Positions 1 through 9,177 of a stretch of 25,329 nt of DNA are shown piece by piece. Origin of the DNA: Candidatus Thorarchaeota archaeon (lineage in GTDB: Archaea; Asgardarchaeota; Thorarchaeia; Thorarchaeales; Thorarchaeaceae). Each line of letters begins with the position of its first letter. Positions within the stretch are counted from its first letter, which is position 1. The DNA lies in assembly GCA_029858305.1 (NCBI GenBank), contig JAOUFI010000028.1, positions 1-25,329 of the forward strand. Reading direction: 5' to 3'. Below the pieces are notes generated by a model, which saw only the letters and a list, made by a program, of their open reading frames with translations, was not told the origin of the DNA and made no database searches. The position numbers and the translations under genes were made by a program.

Positions 1-196
1 CTGTTAAATCTTCAAGAAGATTATCATCTTTTGCTATATTGAAAGCAATAGCTTCTGCATTTTTACAACCCTCTATCAAGTGTTTAGCTTTGCTTATTGT
101 TCTGCTAGCAACTATTACATGGAAACTATTTTCACTGAGGTATTGTATGTATGGACGAGCTACGAGTCCCGCACCCAGACATAACACGTTCTTCAT
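1..196 (-). CDS. Saccharopine dehydrogenase (reductase-type, NAD(P)-binding), 5' part only; runs off the window start
   Basis: Not in the ORF track. Manual translation from ATG at 196 gives MKNVLCLGAGLVARPYIQYLSENSFHVIVASRTISKA, a Rossmann GAGxV motif plus VASRT typical of this family. ATGA overlap with the upstream gene's stop. Confidence 0.85.
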   Translation of the reverse strand, partial: MKNVLCLGAGLVARPYIQYLSENSFHVIVASRTISKAKHLIEGCKNAEAIAFNIAKDDNLLEDLT

Positions 197-1512
197 TTCT
201 TTTTATCCTCCTCTAGATATTCCTTGATATACTCGTAATTTTTGGTTAATTTTCCTCTATACACAATAACAGCATCTTTGATTTCTTGTGTTAGCTCCAG
301 ATCATCAAAAGATGATACTGTGAAGTCAGCTTTTGCAAATGCTGGGATAAAGCCAACCAGTGTTTCACTAAATGATGTCGATGATTCACGTGGAAGTTCG
401 CATGGCAAGTTATCAACTGCCATGATAACTGGACCTTCACCTTTTACTCCGGGCTCTGCTCTATCCTTGCTGATGACATAAGTGAATGCAGGATTACCTG
501 GTGTTGTACATTTAACAGTAAACTCAATTGCGCCCCCGATATCACAAGATATGTCACCCACAACACGGAGTTTTCGATTATCTTCATTCCAATGTTGTTT
601 AATGAAGTTCTTTGAAATTAGCCTTGGATACTTTTCACTCCAATAGATACAGTTCATTAATACTGAGAGATATTGAACATAGCTCTCAAATACACCCCTG
701 TAGTTGGCTTTTCCTGTTTTGTAATAATCCTGAAGATTGAAGATAGTTGATGAATCTCTAGGTTCAACCATGTGTTCTTCCTTGAAGACGCACTTATACA
801 ATATATTCTCTTTTGATTCGAGATTTGGAAGATTCTCTGGCTCTACCACTTTATATGGCAGAATATCGAAGATTTCTTGAGCTCCTCGGGATACATTTCC
901 ATAACCAGCAAATCCAACAACAAAAGGTGTGAGCTCTTTTGGAAGTCCTTGTTCACTGATACGCTTCCCTAAGGCTCTGAACTCTTCTTTGACTGCAGCC
1001 AAGCTCTTCAGTTCTAATGTTGACTTCATTCCAGCAAATGGATTTGGTGTGATACCTTCAAACTCTAACCGTTCCCCAAGCACATGAAAAGTATCAGAAA
1101 TACCTGCCATTCCGGCCCAATTACCAAAGAAGATTAGACGTCTTCCCTTTTCATCCACAACACGTTCATAATCAATCAGAGTTGCACCTGCTTCAAGTAT
1201 GTTTCGTAGCATGGGCATATTGTATTTCTGCCCCTTGATTGTGTGGCTAAAGAATACATAGACCACATCTTTTTCAAAGAAACCAATTGGCATTTCTTTA
1301 ATTCCAAAAACTACTTGGGAACCACTGCCTTTCAAGGGGATGATGGTTGCCCCGACTTTCTCATACTCGCTCTCAGAGAAGGCACGTTGTTTGTTGGGTT
1401 CTACAAAAAAATTGATGTGATGTTGATCTCTTAACATCTTGACATGTTCAGGAATTAACGGGACCCTGGCTTCGAAAGCTTTCTCTTCTTTACGTAGACC
1501 AATGCGGTTCAT
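193..1512 (-). CDS. Lysine-ketoglutarate reductase / saccharopine dehydrogenase domain protein (AlaDh/PNT fold, AASS LKR-like)
   Basis: Motifs EARVPLIP, GIKEMP, FFSHTIKGQKYNM, LIDYE, GYGNVSRGA, GDISCDIGG, AVDNLPCELP. GGAGG upstream of the ATG. Confidence 0.88.
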   Translation of the reverse strand: MNRIGLRKEEKAFEARVPLIPEHVKMLRDQHHINFFVEPNKQRAFSESEYEKVGATIIPLKGSGSQVVFGIKEMPIGFFEKDVVYVFFSHTIKGQKYNMPMLRNILEAGATLIDYERVVDEKGRRLIFFGNWAGMAGISDTFHVLGERLEFEGITPNPFAGMKSTLELKSLAAVKEEFRALGKRISEQGLPKELTPFVVGFAGYGNVSRGAQEIFDILPYKVVEPENLPNLESKENILYKCVFKEEHMVEPRDSSTIFNLQDYYKTGKANYRGVFESYVQYLSVLMNCIYWSEKYPRLISKNFIKQHWNEDNRKLRVVGDISCDIGGAIEFTVKCTTPGNPAFTYVISKDRAEPGVKGEGPVIMAVDNLPCELPRESSTSFSETLVGFIPAFAKADFTVSSFDDLELTQEIKDAVIVYRGKLTKNYEYIKEYLEEDKKK

Positions 1513-1665
1513 GTAGCATCCTCCGAGTCATGCCATGCCTGAAGCTATGCTCACGCCGGAGGGCCTAGGTTCTCACGCTTAACCTTTTCCGTTTATACCA
1601 TCAAATAATTGTATTACACAAGTTGAAAATCGGAACATGTGTTCTGTGATTTGAGTCTGAGTATA

Positions 1666-1953
1666 ATGGTCTCATATCTCTATCTCTATGATTGTAGGCA
1701 TGCAAGACAAAGTAATGCGCGACGTGTGGCATTCACTAAGGAGCTCTACGGGTATACATACACTTGGAGAACAAAGTCAGAAATCAAGGAGAAACGAAAG
1801 CCAGGTCTCTTAGATGAATGTCTTGGAGCTGAAGCTGTTGCAGACTCGGCAATCATTGTTCCTGATGAATATCGAACATTGTTTGATAGCTTATTCTCAA
1901 TGTATCAAGATATTCTCAAATTCAGAGTCTATGAGATAATCAGGGAAGTATAA
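1666..1953 (+). CDS. Small hypothetical protein (95 aa), possibly Cas2/VapD-like ferredoxin fold
   Basis: ATG at 1666 preferred over GTG 1639; TTTATA at 1592-1597. N-terminal YLYLYD strand, basic helix RRVAFTKELYGY, later strand DSAIIV. Confidence 0.65.
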   Translation: MVSYLYLYDCRHARQSNARRVAFTKELYGYTYTWRTKSEIKEKRKPGLLDECLGAEAVADSAIIVPDEYRTLFDSLFSMYQDILKFRVYEIIREV

Positions 1954-2170
1954 TCACTGAGAGAAACCATAGCGGCTCTGTGTTATGAACAAAGAAACAT
2001 GAAAATTTAGATTAGAGAGATACAGAATAAGCGCAATATGCACTTCTATGAACGATCAAAAAAATAGCCATGCTATTACAGTTAACGCTTCGATATGTAT
2101 TTAGAACACGTGTTCTAGTTAGTCTAACCTCCGTACCTTTCAGGATAAGGTCTAAAGATTATCTGGATAA

Positions 2171-2193
2171 CACCCCTTCGTTTCCATTGGAAC
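2171..2193 (-). promoter_or_regulatory. ORB element (Orc1/Cdc6 origin recognition box)
   Basis: Minus strand reads GTTCCAATGGAAACGAAGGGGTG: TTCC..GGAA dyad followed by a G-string, matching the canonical ORB. Confidence 0.85.
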
Positions 2194-2316
2194 TACAAAA
2201 AATGGAGTAGTGTCCAGCGATTGATCGTATGATGATAAAAATGGAGATAAAGACCAGCTTTCGAAACAGCTATTTATACTTACCGGAATCTATACTTATA
2301 GACTATTATCTAATAT

Positions 2317-2338
2317 TTTCGAGTGGAAATGATGGGGT
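2317..2338 (+). promoter_or_regulatory. ORB element
   Basis: TTTCGAGTGGAAATGATGGGGT: dyad plus G-string. Confidence 0.75.
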
Positions 2339-2442
2339 CCTATGGGTATTAGAACACGTGTTCGAACTATTACATGTATTACAGTCTATGACAAAGGATA
2401 GAACACGTGTTCTTAATAATTTCCACGACCACAAGACTGATA

Positions 2443-2467
2443 CACCCCTCTTTATGCAACTCGAAAC
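2443..2467 (-). promoter_or_regulatory. Degenerate ORB-like element
   Basis: Minus strand reads GTTTCGAGTTGCATAAAGAGGGGTG; shares TTTCGAGT and GGGGT with the 2317 box and is inverted relative to it. Confidence 0.5.
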
Positions 2468-2493
2468 AGGCTTCAACATATGGAGGATCCTTG

Positions 2494-4386
2494 ATGGCCA
2501 AACCTCAAGAACTACTTGAAGACAATCCCGGGAAAACACTACTATTACTTGCAAATGAAGCAATAGCTCGAGGTGTATTAGAAGCTGGAGTTCGTCTAGT
2601 TGCGCTCTATCCTGGAACACCTAGTAGCGAAATTGGTAACAATTTGACAGTCATGGCACCACATATTCCTAACTTCTATTTTGAATTCAGCACAAATGAA
2701 AAGGTCGCCTTAGAAGTAGCAGGGGCTGCTGCAATTGCTGGAGTCAGATCCATGATGGTCTGCAAGGGTCCCGGTCTCAATGTAGCTGCTGATCCATTCT
2801 TCAGTCTGGCTTATGTTGGAGTCCGAGCAGGAATGATCATCATTGTCGCAGATGACCCGAGTATGTGGAGCTCACAGAATGAAAATGACAGCAGGTACTA
2901 TGCACTAATGGGAAACATGCCAATGATGGAGCCTTCAGATCCCATCGAGGCAAAATCAATGCTTCTTGAAGCATACAAGTATTCTGAGATGTTTGAGCTT
3001 CCTGTGCTCTTTAGAACAACTACTCGAGTCAATCATACCCGAGCACCTGTTACATTTGGACGAATCCCTACCCTTCCTCAAAAGGTAGAATTTGAGAAAG
3101 AACCATTCAGGTTTGTACCAATACCCTCGGTAGCAAGAACTCGACATCCATGGCTTCTCAAACAGGTTGAAAAAGCGCGGGAAGTATCTGAAACCAGCCC
3201 ACTAAACTTTACAGAGGGAGAAGGCGAACTTGGGATCATCACATGCGGAGTATCCTACAACTATGTTCGCGAATCTCTTGTCGAAATGGATATCCAGGCA
3301 GAAATCCTCAAGCTCGGGATTACACATCCCATCCCTGAGAAGAAAATTATAGCATTCCTATGTAAGCATAAGAGAGTCGTAATAGTTGAAGAGCTTGAGC
3401 CCTTCATTGAAACTCATACACGACGATTGGCTCAGCTTCATGATGTATCGGTTGAAATTCTTGGTAAGGAACAAGGATATTTCTCGAGGGTGGGAGAATA
3501 CAGTCCTCGTATCGTAATGGAAGCATTATGTCGAATTATTAATTGTAATACACCTATTAACTGGGAAGAAATTGATGATAGAGCAAGGAAAATACCTGAG
3601 ATTCCTCCGAGACCACCTCTCCTATGTGCAGGTTGTCCACATCGTGCAACATACTATGCAATCCGGGCCGCAACGAGAGGGAAGGCCATCTACCCCTCCG
3701 ATATTGGATGTTACACATTAAGTATTGCACCGCCTCTTGAAACTGCAGACATTCTTTTTGATATGGGATCATCAATAACTACTGCATGCGGTCTCTCTGA
3801 AGTCACCGACCAAGATGTGGTTGCTACAATAGGGGATAGTACATTCTTTGCCTCTGGATTACCCGGTATTGTAGATGCAGTATACAACCAACATCGAATC
3901 TGTCTAGTGGTACTAGATAACCGAACAACTGCTATGACAGGACATCAGCCTCATCCTGGTACTGGAATCACAGGCATGCAGAAAAAAGTCCAAGCATTAG
4001 ACATTGAAGAAGTATGCAAAGGCCTTGGTGTCAAGTATGTAAAGACAGTCTATCCCTTTGAATCAATAGCTGGTCTTGTAGGCGAAGTGAGAGAGATGGT
4101 CAAATGGGCAAGGGACAATCATAGTCCCGCAGTGCTTGTTTCGAAAGAACCATGTGCACTCTTGACAGCTGCGGATCGTCGTCGTGAAGGTATTGTCCTC
4201 CCCAAGTACTATGTAGAATCCGAAACCTGTAATGCATGCAAGCGTTGCCTTAATCGATTATCTTGTCCTGCTATGTACATGAATCCTGAAACTGAAAAGG
4301 CTGTCATCGATGAAACGCTATGTAATCTTTGTGGCACCTGTATTGCAGTTTGTCCCCAAGGCGCAATAAAGAGGGAGGCAGAATAA
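2494..4386 (+). CDS. iorA: Indolepyruvate:ferredoxin oxidoreductase alpha subunit
   Basis: YPGTPSSEI, NEKVALE, LCAGCPHR, SDIGCY, GDSTFF...LDNRTTAMTG (TPP-binding) and two C-terminal 4Fe-4S motifs. Start moved to ATG 2494 (GGAGG at 2482-2486). Confidence 0.96.
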   Translation: MAKPQELLEDNPGKTLLLLANEAIARGVLEAGVRLVALYPGTPSSEIGNNLTVMAPHIPNFYFEFSTNEKVALEVAGAAAIAGVRSMMVCKGPGLNVAADPFFSLAYVGVRAGMIIIVADDPSMWSSQNENDSRYYALMGNMPMMEPSDPIEAKSMLLEAYKYSEMFELPVLFRTTTRVNHTRAPVTFGRIPTLPQKVEFEKEPFRFVPIPSVARTRHPWLLKQVEKAREVSETSPLNFTEGEGELGIITCGVSYNYVRESLVEMDIQAEILKLGITHPIPEKKIIAFLCKHKRVVIVEELEPFIETHTRRLAQLHDVSVEILGKEQGYFSRVGEYSPRIVMEALCRIINCNTPINWEEIDDRARKIPEIPPRPPLLCAGCPHRATYYAIRAATRGKAIYPSDIGCYTLSIAPPLETADILFDMGSSITTACGLSEVTDQDVVATIGDSTFFASGLPGIVDAVYNQHRICLVVLDNRTTAMTGHQPHPGTGITGMQKKVQALDIEEVCKGLGVKYVKTVYPFESIAGLVGEVREMVKWARDNHSPAVLVSKEPCALLTAADRRREGIVLPKYYVESETCNACKRCLNRLSCPAMYMNPETEKAVIDETLCNLCGTCIAVCPQGAIKREAE

Positions 4387-5001
4387 ATGGTTCGTAATAA
4401 CAGTAATACAATAAGTATTGCAATATCTGGAGTTGGTGGGCAGGGTGTTCTAACCCTTGCAGAGATACTTGCAAAAACCGCCTTAGCTGAGGGGCTCAAT
4501 GTAAGAGTAGGTGAGATCCATGGGATGGCTCAGCGTGGTGGTCATGTGGTGTGTACAATCAGAATCGGTGATGGAGCAAAGGGTCCAGTCATAGATGCTG
4601 GTACTGCAGATTTGCTCGTAGGGTTTGAACCAGTGGAAACCTTGAGAGAAATTCACTTGATAAAAAAGAATGGCTGTGTAGTGATGAGCTCTCATGTTCA
4701 ATATCCCGTTGCTGTTTCTATGGGCCAGGCTGAGTATCCCACACATGAATCGATTCTTCGATCAATCGGTGAATTCACAGACCGTGTAATAGAATTTGAT
4801 GCAATGGATATTGCTTTGAAATCAGGAAGTTCTTATGCTCTGAACATGGTCATGTTTGGTGCAATTCTCGGAACCGGACTTGTACCTATAAGTAAGGATT
4901 CTGCACTACGTGCAATTCGTGAATCATTTCCTAAACGGTTTGAAAAGATTAACATCGATGCAGCAGAAACTGGTTTCAGTACAGTCAAATCATGTCTTTA
5001 A
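4387..5001 (+). CDS. iorB: Indolepyruvate:ferredoxin oxidoreductase beta subunit
   Basis: GVGGQGV and EIHGMAQRGG motifs; abuts iorA. Confidence 0.95.
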   Translation: MVRNNSNTISIAISGVGGQGVLTLAEILAKTALAEGLNVRVGEIHGMAQRGGHVVCTIRIGDGAKGPVIDAGTADLLVGFEPVETLREIHLIKKNGCVVMSSHVQYPVAVSMGQAEYPTHESILRSIGEFTDRVIEFDAMDIALKSGSSYALNMVMFGAILGTGLVPISKDSALRAIRESFPKRFEKINIDAAETGFSTVKSCL

Positions 5002-5023
5002 TACTAGTATTATTTGTATTACA
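4997..5023. repeat. 9-bp tandem triplet (TGTAWTACA family)
   Basis: TTTAATACT AGTATTATT TGTATTACA at the convergent iorB/hypF junction. Confidence 0.8.
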
Positions 5024-7400
5024 TTACTTCATTGATGATTCTGGCTGCTACTGTTGCTACTTGACCTACTGAGATCCCTCCATCGCCAGGGGGAATCAAG
5101 GAATGGAACACAGGGACTAGATTATATTTCTGAATTTGATTTTCAATCGCGGATGTTACAATACGATTGAGCGCAACACCCCCAGAGAATCCTATATACA
5201 GTATCTCTTCCTCCAATGCTAAATCACAAGCGATTCTCGCAAGACTTTCACCAAGATGCCACTGAGCTGCATAGGCCAATTCCACTCTACTTGTACCCTT
5301 GTCCTTCATATCAAGTATCTCTTCTAGAGAATGAGTTGTATCTAAGACTAGTCCATAATCCGATTTGACAAACTCAGAGTCAATTCGAATATCAGTACGA
5401 CGGGCAATAGCTTCGAGCTTCATTGGGCACTCACCATCGTAGGTATTCTCAGAGCATACTCCAAGTGCAAGTGCCACTGCATCAAGAAATCTACCAGCAC
5501 TCGTACTCTTTATTATATTCACACTTTGTTTTCTTGCATGAAGTAAAACATCCAAAACTTTCCCAGAAACCTTCGTGTCTGGAGCAATTGAAGATGATCC
5601 CAAGAGCTGAAGGAGCCTTTTCTTTTCTATACTATTTCCAATTATTCCTATTAGCGATCTAGCCGCATAGATAGCTGATAAATCTCCGCCAGTATATTCC
5701 TGTGCTTTCAAACCCCCTCTTCGGACTGAATCGCTATAATTTCCCACAAGAATCTCTCCGCCCCATGCATTCTTATCTAATCCATAGCCGAATCCGTCTG
5801 CTGTAATACAAATAATACGGCTATCATACGGTATCAATCCGTCAACCATTATTGCAGCCAAATGTGCATGATGGTGCTGTATACGATAAAGTGGAATCTC
5901 ATACTCAGTAGCCATTTTTTCTGCGAAATCTGTGCTCAAAAACTCTGGATGCAAATCGCATGAAACAGCATCTAGTTTCTTGATGTCTAATAGATGCAGC
6001 ATATGATCAATCGCATTTGAAAGGAAATCGATGTTCTCAATCTGATTAGTGTCTCCAATATGTTGTGTCATGTAAATTCGGCCAGACTTTGAAACTGAGC
6101 CAGTTGCCTTTTCCTCAGGACCCACTCCTACTATCTTTAGTGCTCTCCATGGACCATTGAAGAGAATTGGTTCTGGTACATAACCCCTTGCACGTCTGAT
6201 GAATACTGGATTTGTTTTATCTATGAGCTTGACCACCGAGTCATCAGCCCGTTGATGTATTCTTCTATTATGCACCAGGAAATAATCAACGATATCTCGC
6301 AGTTCATTCATGATAATTTCAGGTTCGATATACATTGGCATTCCTGTCGGGTTAGCGCTTGTTAGAACTAGGGCTGGTTCGTTGGTATGTCTGAAGAGAA
6401 GATGATGTATCGGCGCATAGGGTAGCATAACACCAATACTGTCTAGTCCTGGAGCTATAGATTCCAAGGACTCGATTGGTATTACTGGTAATACATTATT
6501 CTGTTTCTTCAGACTTGTAATTGTCTTCGTGACCAGTACAATTGGTCTTCTCCAAGATGTGAGTATCTTCTCTTCAAGCTCATTGATATTACTCAGATGT
6601 TTTAGTGTTGAAAGATCTCGAACCATAATTGCAAAGGGACGATGAGACCTCTTCTTTCGCAATCTGAGTGTTTCTATTGGTTCATGATCACTGGTCTTCG
6701 TAGCAATGTGGGTTCCTGAAATTCCTTGAAGTGCTACAATGGCTCCCTCATCAATTAGCTGTGCTGTTTTTTCAATCGGATTTGTATTTGCTATCGTTGT
6801 ACCTCTGCTGTCTACTACATGATAGACAGGACCACAATTATGACAAGCCGTTGTCTGTGCGTGATATCTACGGTCAGTTGGATTTGTATAACCTGTATTA
6901 CAAGTATCACATAACGGGAAGTCGAGCATTGTGGTATTGGGTCTATCATATGGTAAATCTGTAATAGTTGAAAATCTAGGTCCACAAGCGGCACATGATG
7001 TAAATGGGTAAAGATACCAACGTGAGTTCTCATGCATCAAATCATTTACACAATCCTTGCAGATTGCAATATCAGGTGGCAATACAGGAATTGCATCTTC
7101 ATTTCGAATTGTTGAAGATTTATGGATTTGAAATTCTTTGAACTCCTCTTGAGAGTCAGTCCACTCTAAATCTAGTGTATCAATCCGCGAAATTGAGGGT
7201 GAATCGTTTCTAATACTCTGAACCAATTTTTGAATATGTGTTTCTTCACCCTCCACAGTAACCTCAACGCCTGCATCACCGAGGTTTAATACATAACCTA
7301 AAAGCGACAAGGATTTCGCAACACGATAAACAAAAGGTCTGAATCCTACTCCTTGGACTATTCCAGTCACATGAATGGTCGCTCTCTTGTTCGCCATCAT
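5019..7400 (-). CDS. hypF: Hydrogenase maturation carbamoyltransferase HypF
   Basis: Acylphosphatase GIVQGVGFRPF, zinc fingers (CGPRF, DRRYHAQ), YrdC-like domain, QHHHAH and PPGDGGISVGQ. Confidence 0.97.
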   Translation of the reverse strand: MMANKRATIHVTGIVQGVGFRPFVYRVAKSLSLLGYVLNLGDAGVEVTVEGEETHIQKLVQSIRNDSPSISRIDTLDLEWTDSQEEFKEFQIHKSSTIRNEDAIPVLPPDIAICKDCVNDLMHENSRWYLYPFTSCAACGPRFSTITDLPYDRPNTTMLDFPLCDTCNTGYTNPTDRRYHAQTTACHNCGPVYHVVDSRGTTIANTNPIEKTAQLIDEGAIVALQGISGTHIATKTSDHEPIETLRLRKKRSHRPFAIMVRDLSTLKHLSNINELEEKILTSWRRPIVLVTKTITSLKKQNNVLPVIPIESLESIAPGLDSIGVMLPYAPIHHLLFRHTNEPALVLTSANPTGMPMYIEPEIIMNELRDIVDYFLVHNRRIHQRADDSVVKLIDKTNPVFIRRARGYVPEPILFNGPWRALKIVGVGPEEKATGSVSKSGRIYMTQHIGDTNQIENIDFLSNAIDHMLHLLDIKKLDAVSCDLHPEFLSTDFAEKMATEYEIPLYRIQHHHAHLAAIMVDGLIPYDSRIICITADGFGYGLDKNAWGGEILVGNYSDSVRRGGLKAQEYTGGDLSAIYAARSLIGIIGNSIEKKRLLQLLGSSSIAPDTKVSGKVLDVLLHARKQSVNIIKSTSAGRFLDAVALALGVCSENTYDGECPMKLEAIARRTDIRIDSEFVKSDYGLVLDTTHSLEEILDMKDKGTSRVELAYAAQWHLGESLARIACDLALEEEILYIGFSGGVALNRIVTSAIENQIQKYNLVPVFHSLIPPGDGGISVGQVATVAARIINEVM
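6885..6911. repeat. 9-bp tandem triplet inside hypF
   Basis: TGTATAACC TGTATTACA AGTATCACA; the last 18 bp are identical to 7994-8011. Confidence 0.75.
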
Positions 7401-7565
7401 TACTCATTTTGAATCTGGAATTCAAACTAGATATTAATCCAGTGAATTGACAATATTGTGAATTGGTTTTACAGAGTTCTTCGATGTATTACATATATCA
7501 CCATGTTTCAGAGAATTTCATATAGGTCCTCTTAAGGTAGTGTAAGAACTAGTAATCGATTAGCC

Positions 7566-7979
7566 TTGACACCTAATACGCATATATCATCAGTAGCTCA
7601 AGATCCTGAGCCCACTACCTCAGTCCTGGCTGCAATACCAGACTGTCTAAAAAGCACACTTATTGACTGTGCAAATAGTGAAGCGAAATCAAGGAAATCA
7701 ACACTTATCTCAAGCAACAACCTTACCAACCGGTTCATATTATCTAGGTGGGGGATTAGACCATCTCAACGGAGGAGATACAAGAATCTATTCGCTTCGA
7801 TTCGAAAACACTGTCGTGTTTTATTCCAGCATTACCTTCTACGAGGAAGGATAGAATGGATTGATAATTCAGGTCGGCATGTTTTCGGCGTATTCAAGTT
7901 TGATGAAGTTCGAGGCAATCTTATTCTCGGTTTTGTAGAGATGACTCCCGAGTCAGAATGGACCTTATCTCATCGCTAA
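7566..7979 (+). CDS. Hypothetical basic protein, possibly winged-helix DNA-binding
   Basis: 137-aa ORF (TTG start) with three predicted helices, an Arg/Lys-rich stretch (SQRRRYKNLFASIRKH) and C-terminal beta strands. Confidence 0.65.
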   Translation: MTPNTHISSVAQDPEPTTSVLAAIPDCLKSTLIDCANSEAKSRKSTLISSNNLTNRFILSRWGIRPSQRRRYKNLFASIRKHCRVLFQHYLLRGRIEWIDNSGRHVFGVFKFDEVRGNLILGFVEMTPESEWTLSHR

Positions 7980-7984
7980 GCACC

Positions 7985-8011
7985 TGTAATTCTTGTATTA
8001 CAAGTATCACA
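7985..8011. repeat. 9-bp tandem triplet
   Basis: TGTAATTCT TGTATTACA AGTATCACA, just after the stop codon at 7979. Confidence 0.85.
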
Positions 8012-8169
8012 ATTCTAATGGTGATGTTTAAGAGGACTAGCTAATGTATACGATTTTGTATCCGCACAGAGCAACAGAAACATCCTGTGAACAAAAGGTG
8101 TGAAAATGTCCTAAAAGGCCATTTTGAGGCGTTTTAGTACACTCGTACATATAATGATGATGGAGAAAC

Positions 8170-8718
8170 ATGGCTATGAATGAGAAACGAGATACGCAAT
8201 CAAATCGAAAAATAATGAAAGAACTGACATTGGGAGCTAGACAAGTATTACAAGAACCAATTCTTAAGATACTACAGAATGGTTCAGTTCTTAGCCAAAC
8301 ACAGCTTGAAACACTCTTAATTGATCTTGTTATCGAAGATAACTATGGGGCACATATCACGTATGAAGACAAAGCATCAATTCGTTCTCGTGCTGGGGCT
8401 AAGACAAAGGGTGTATCCAGAGGTGCCTTCAACAGAACACTCAAGCAAGCCAGAAGAAATGTTACTCGATGTTTCTATACGATGCTACTTCTTACGTATC
8501 TTGGATTATTTGAATTAACAATATTTCGTCCTTTTGAAGAGGTTGCTGCACGTATAGGTGACTATAGAAGAATACGTGAAATTCTTGCAGGGAAATCTGA
8601 GTTGACTCAAGAAGATCTAGAAAGCGTCAAAGTAACAGAACGTACAATCGTATCCCTTCTAGAAGACCTCTCATTGTCACTTGCTCTGAAAACAGATATC
8701 TCTCGTAAAAGGCAATAG
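8170..8718 (+). CDS. Conserved archaeal hypothetical protein with HTH (HTH_10/Tfx-like) pattern
   Basis: LSQTQLETL...ITYEDKASIR...VSRGAFNRTLKQARRN parallels the LTxRQ...ISRSTFxxHLxxAxxK pattern of HTH_10 domains. Confidence 0.7.
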   Translation: MAMNEKRDTQSNRKIMKELTLGARQVLQEPILKILQNGSVLSQTQLETLLIDLVIEDNYGAHITYEDKASIRSRAGAKTKGVSRGAFNRTLKQARRNVTRCFYTMLLLTYLGLFELTIFRPFEEVAARIGDYRRIREILAGKSELTQEDLESVKVTERTIVSLLEDLSLSLALKTDISRKRQ

Positions 8719-9068
8719 ATAGTTTCTTGAAGAATTTTGTCGATAATCAAAGTTCAAAAAAGAAATGGCTCGAGCGTGCCGCACATAGAAGCGGGACCAA
8801 TGAGTGGAGTCACCATCAACACTTGTGCATTCAAGCTACTAGTTGAGTCATCCTGGAAGTTTTGAGGAGATAGAGATGACACTGAAAGTGCCTGAGATGT
8901 CAAAGAGACCGTGATCCAATGACATCAGTCTATCTTCTATTATTACGACACACTCATACATACACTCACAACAATTATACATAGTTCTAATCATAGAACG
9001 GCAAGTTTTTTCCTAATACAGGTTTCTCCGTTCCCAGAAATCTGAATTTACTCCTTTCCTAATATCTC

Positions 9069-9095
9069 TATAATACTTGTAATACAAGCAATACA
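9069..9095. repeat. 9-bp tandem triplet
   Basis: TATAATACT TGTAATACA AGCAATACA, intergenic. Confidence 0.85.
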
Positions 9096-9177
9096 GTGGC
9101 TCCTATGAGAATAATACACTTAATCATATATTGGTGCCTTTGCTATTTTTAGAAAGCAACAATCATGAGGTCCTCTA

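Larger units (their letters stand above)
2102..2413. repeat. Three copies of palindrome GAACACGTGTTC
   Basis: TAGAACACGTGTTCTA 2102-2117, GAACACGTGTTC 2352-2363, AGAACACGTGTTCT 2400-2413. A one-mismatch copy GAACATGTGTTCT lies at 1633-1645. Confidence 0.95.
1954..2490. other. Probable archaeal replication origin (oriC)
   Basis: About 540-bp intergenic, AT-rich region with three ORB-like boxes in both orientations and repeated palindromes. Confidence 0.75.

Noticed and set aside
2229-2620. ORFs 2229..2519 (+), 2306..2620 (-) and the iorA extension from 2407
   Set aside because: They overlap ORBs, palindromes and iorA; their repetitive peptides (CNTCNSSNTCSNT, LEHVF) simply reflect the DNA motifs.
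4321-4347. 9-bp periodic TGT pattern in iorA (TGTAATCTT TGTGGCACC TGTATTGCA)
   Set aside because: Explained by the CxxCxxC ferredoxin motif; not counted as a repeat array.
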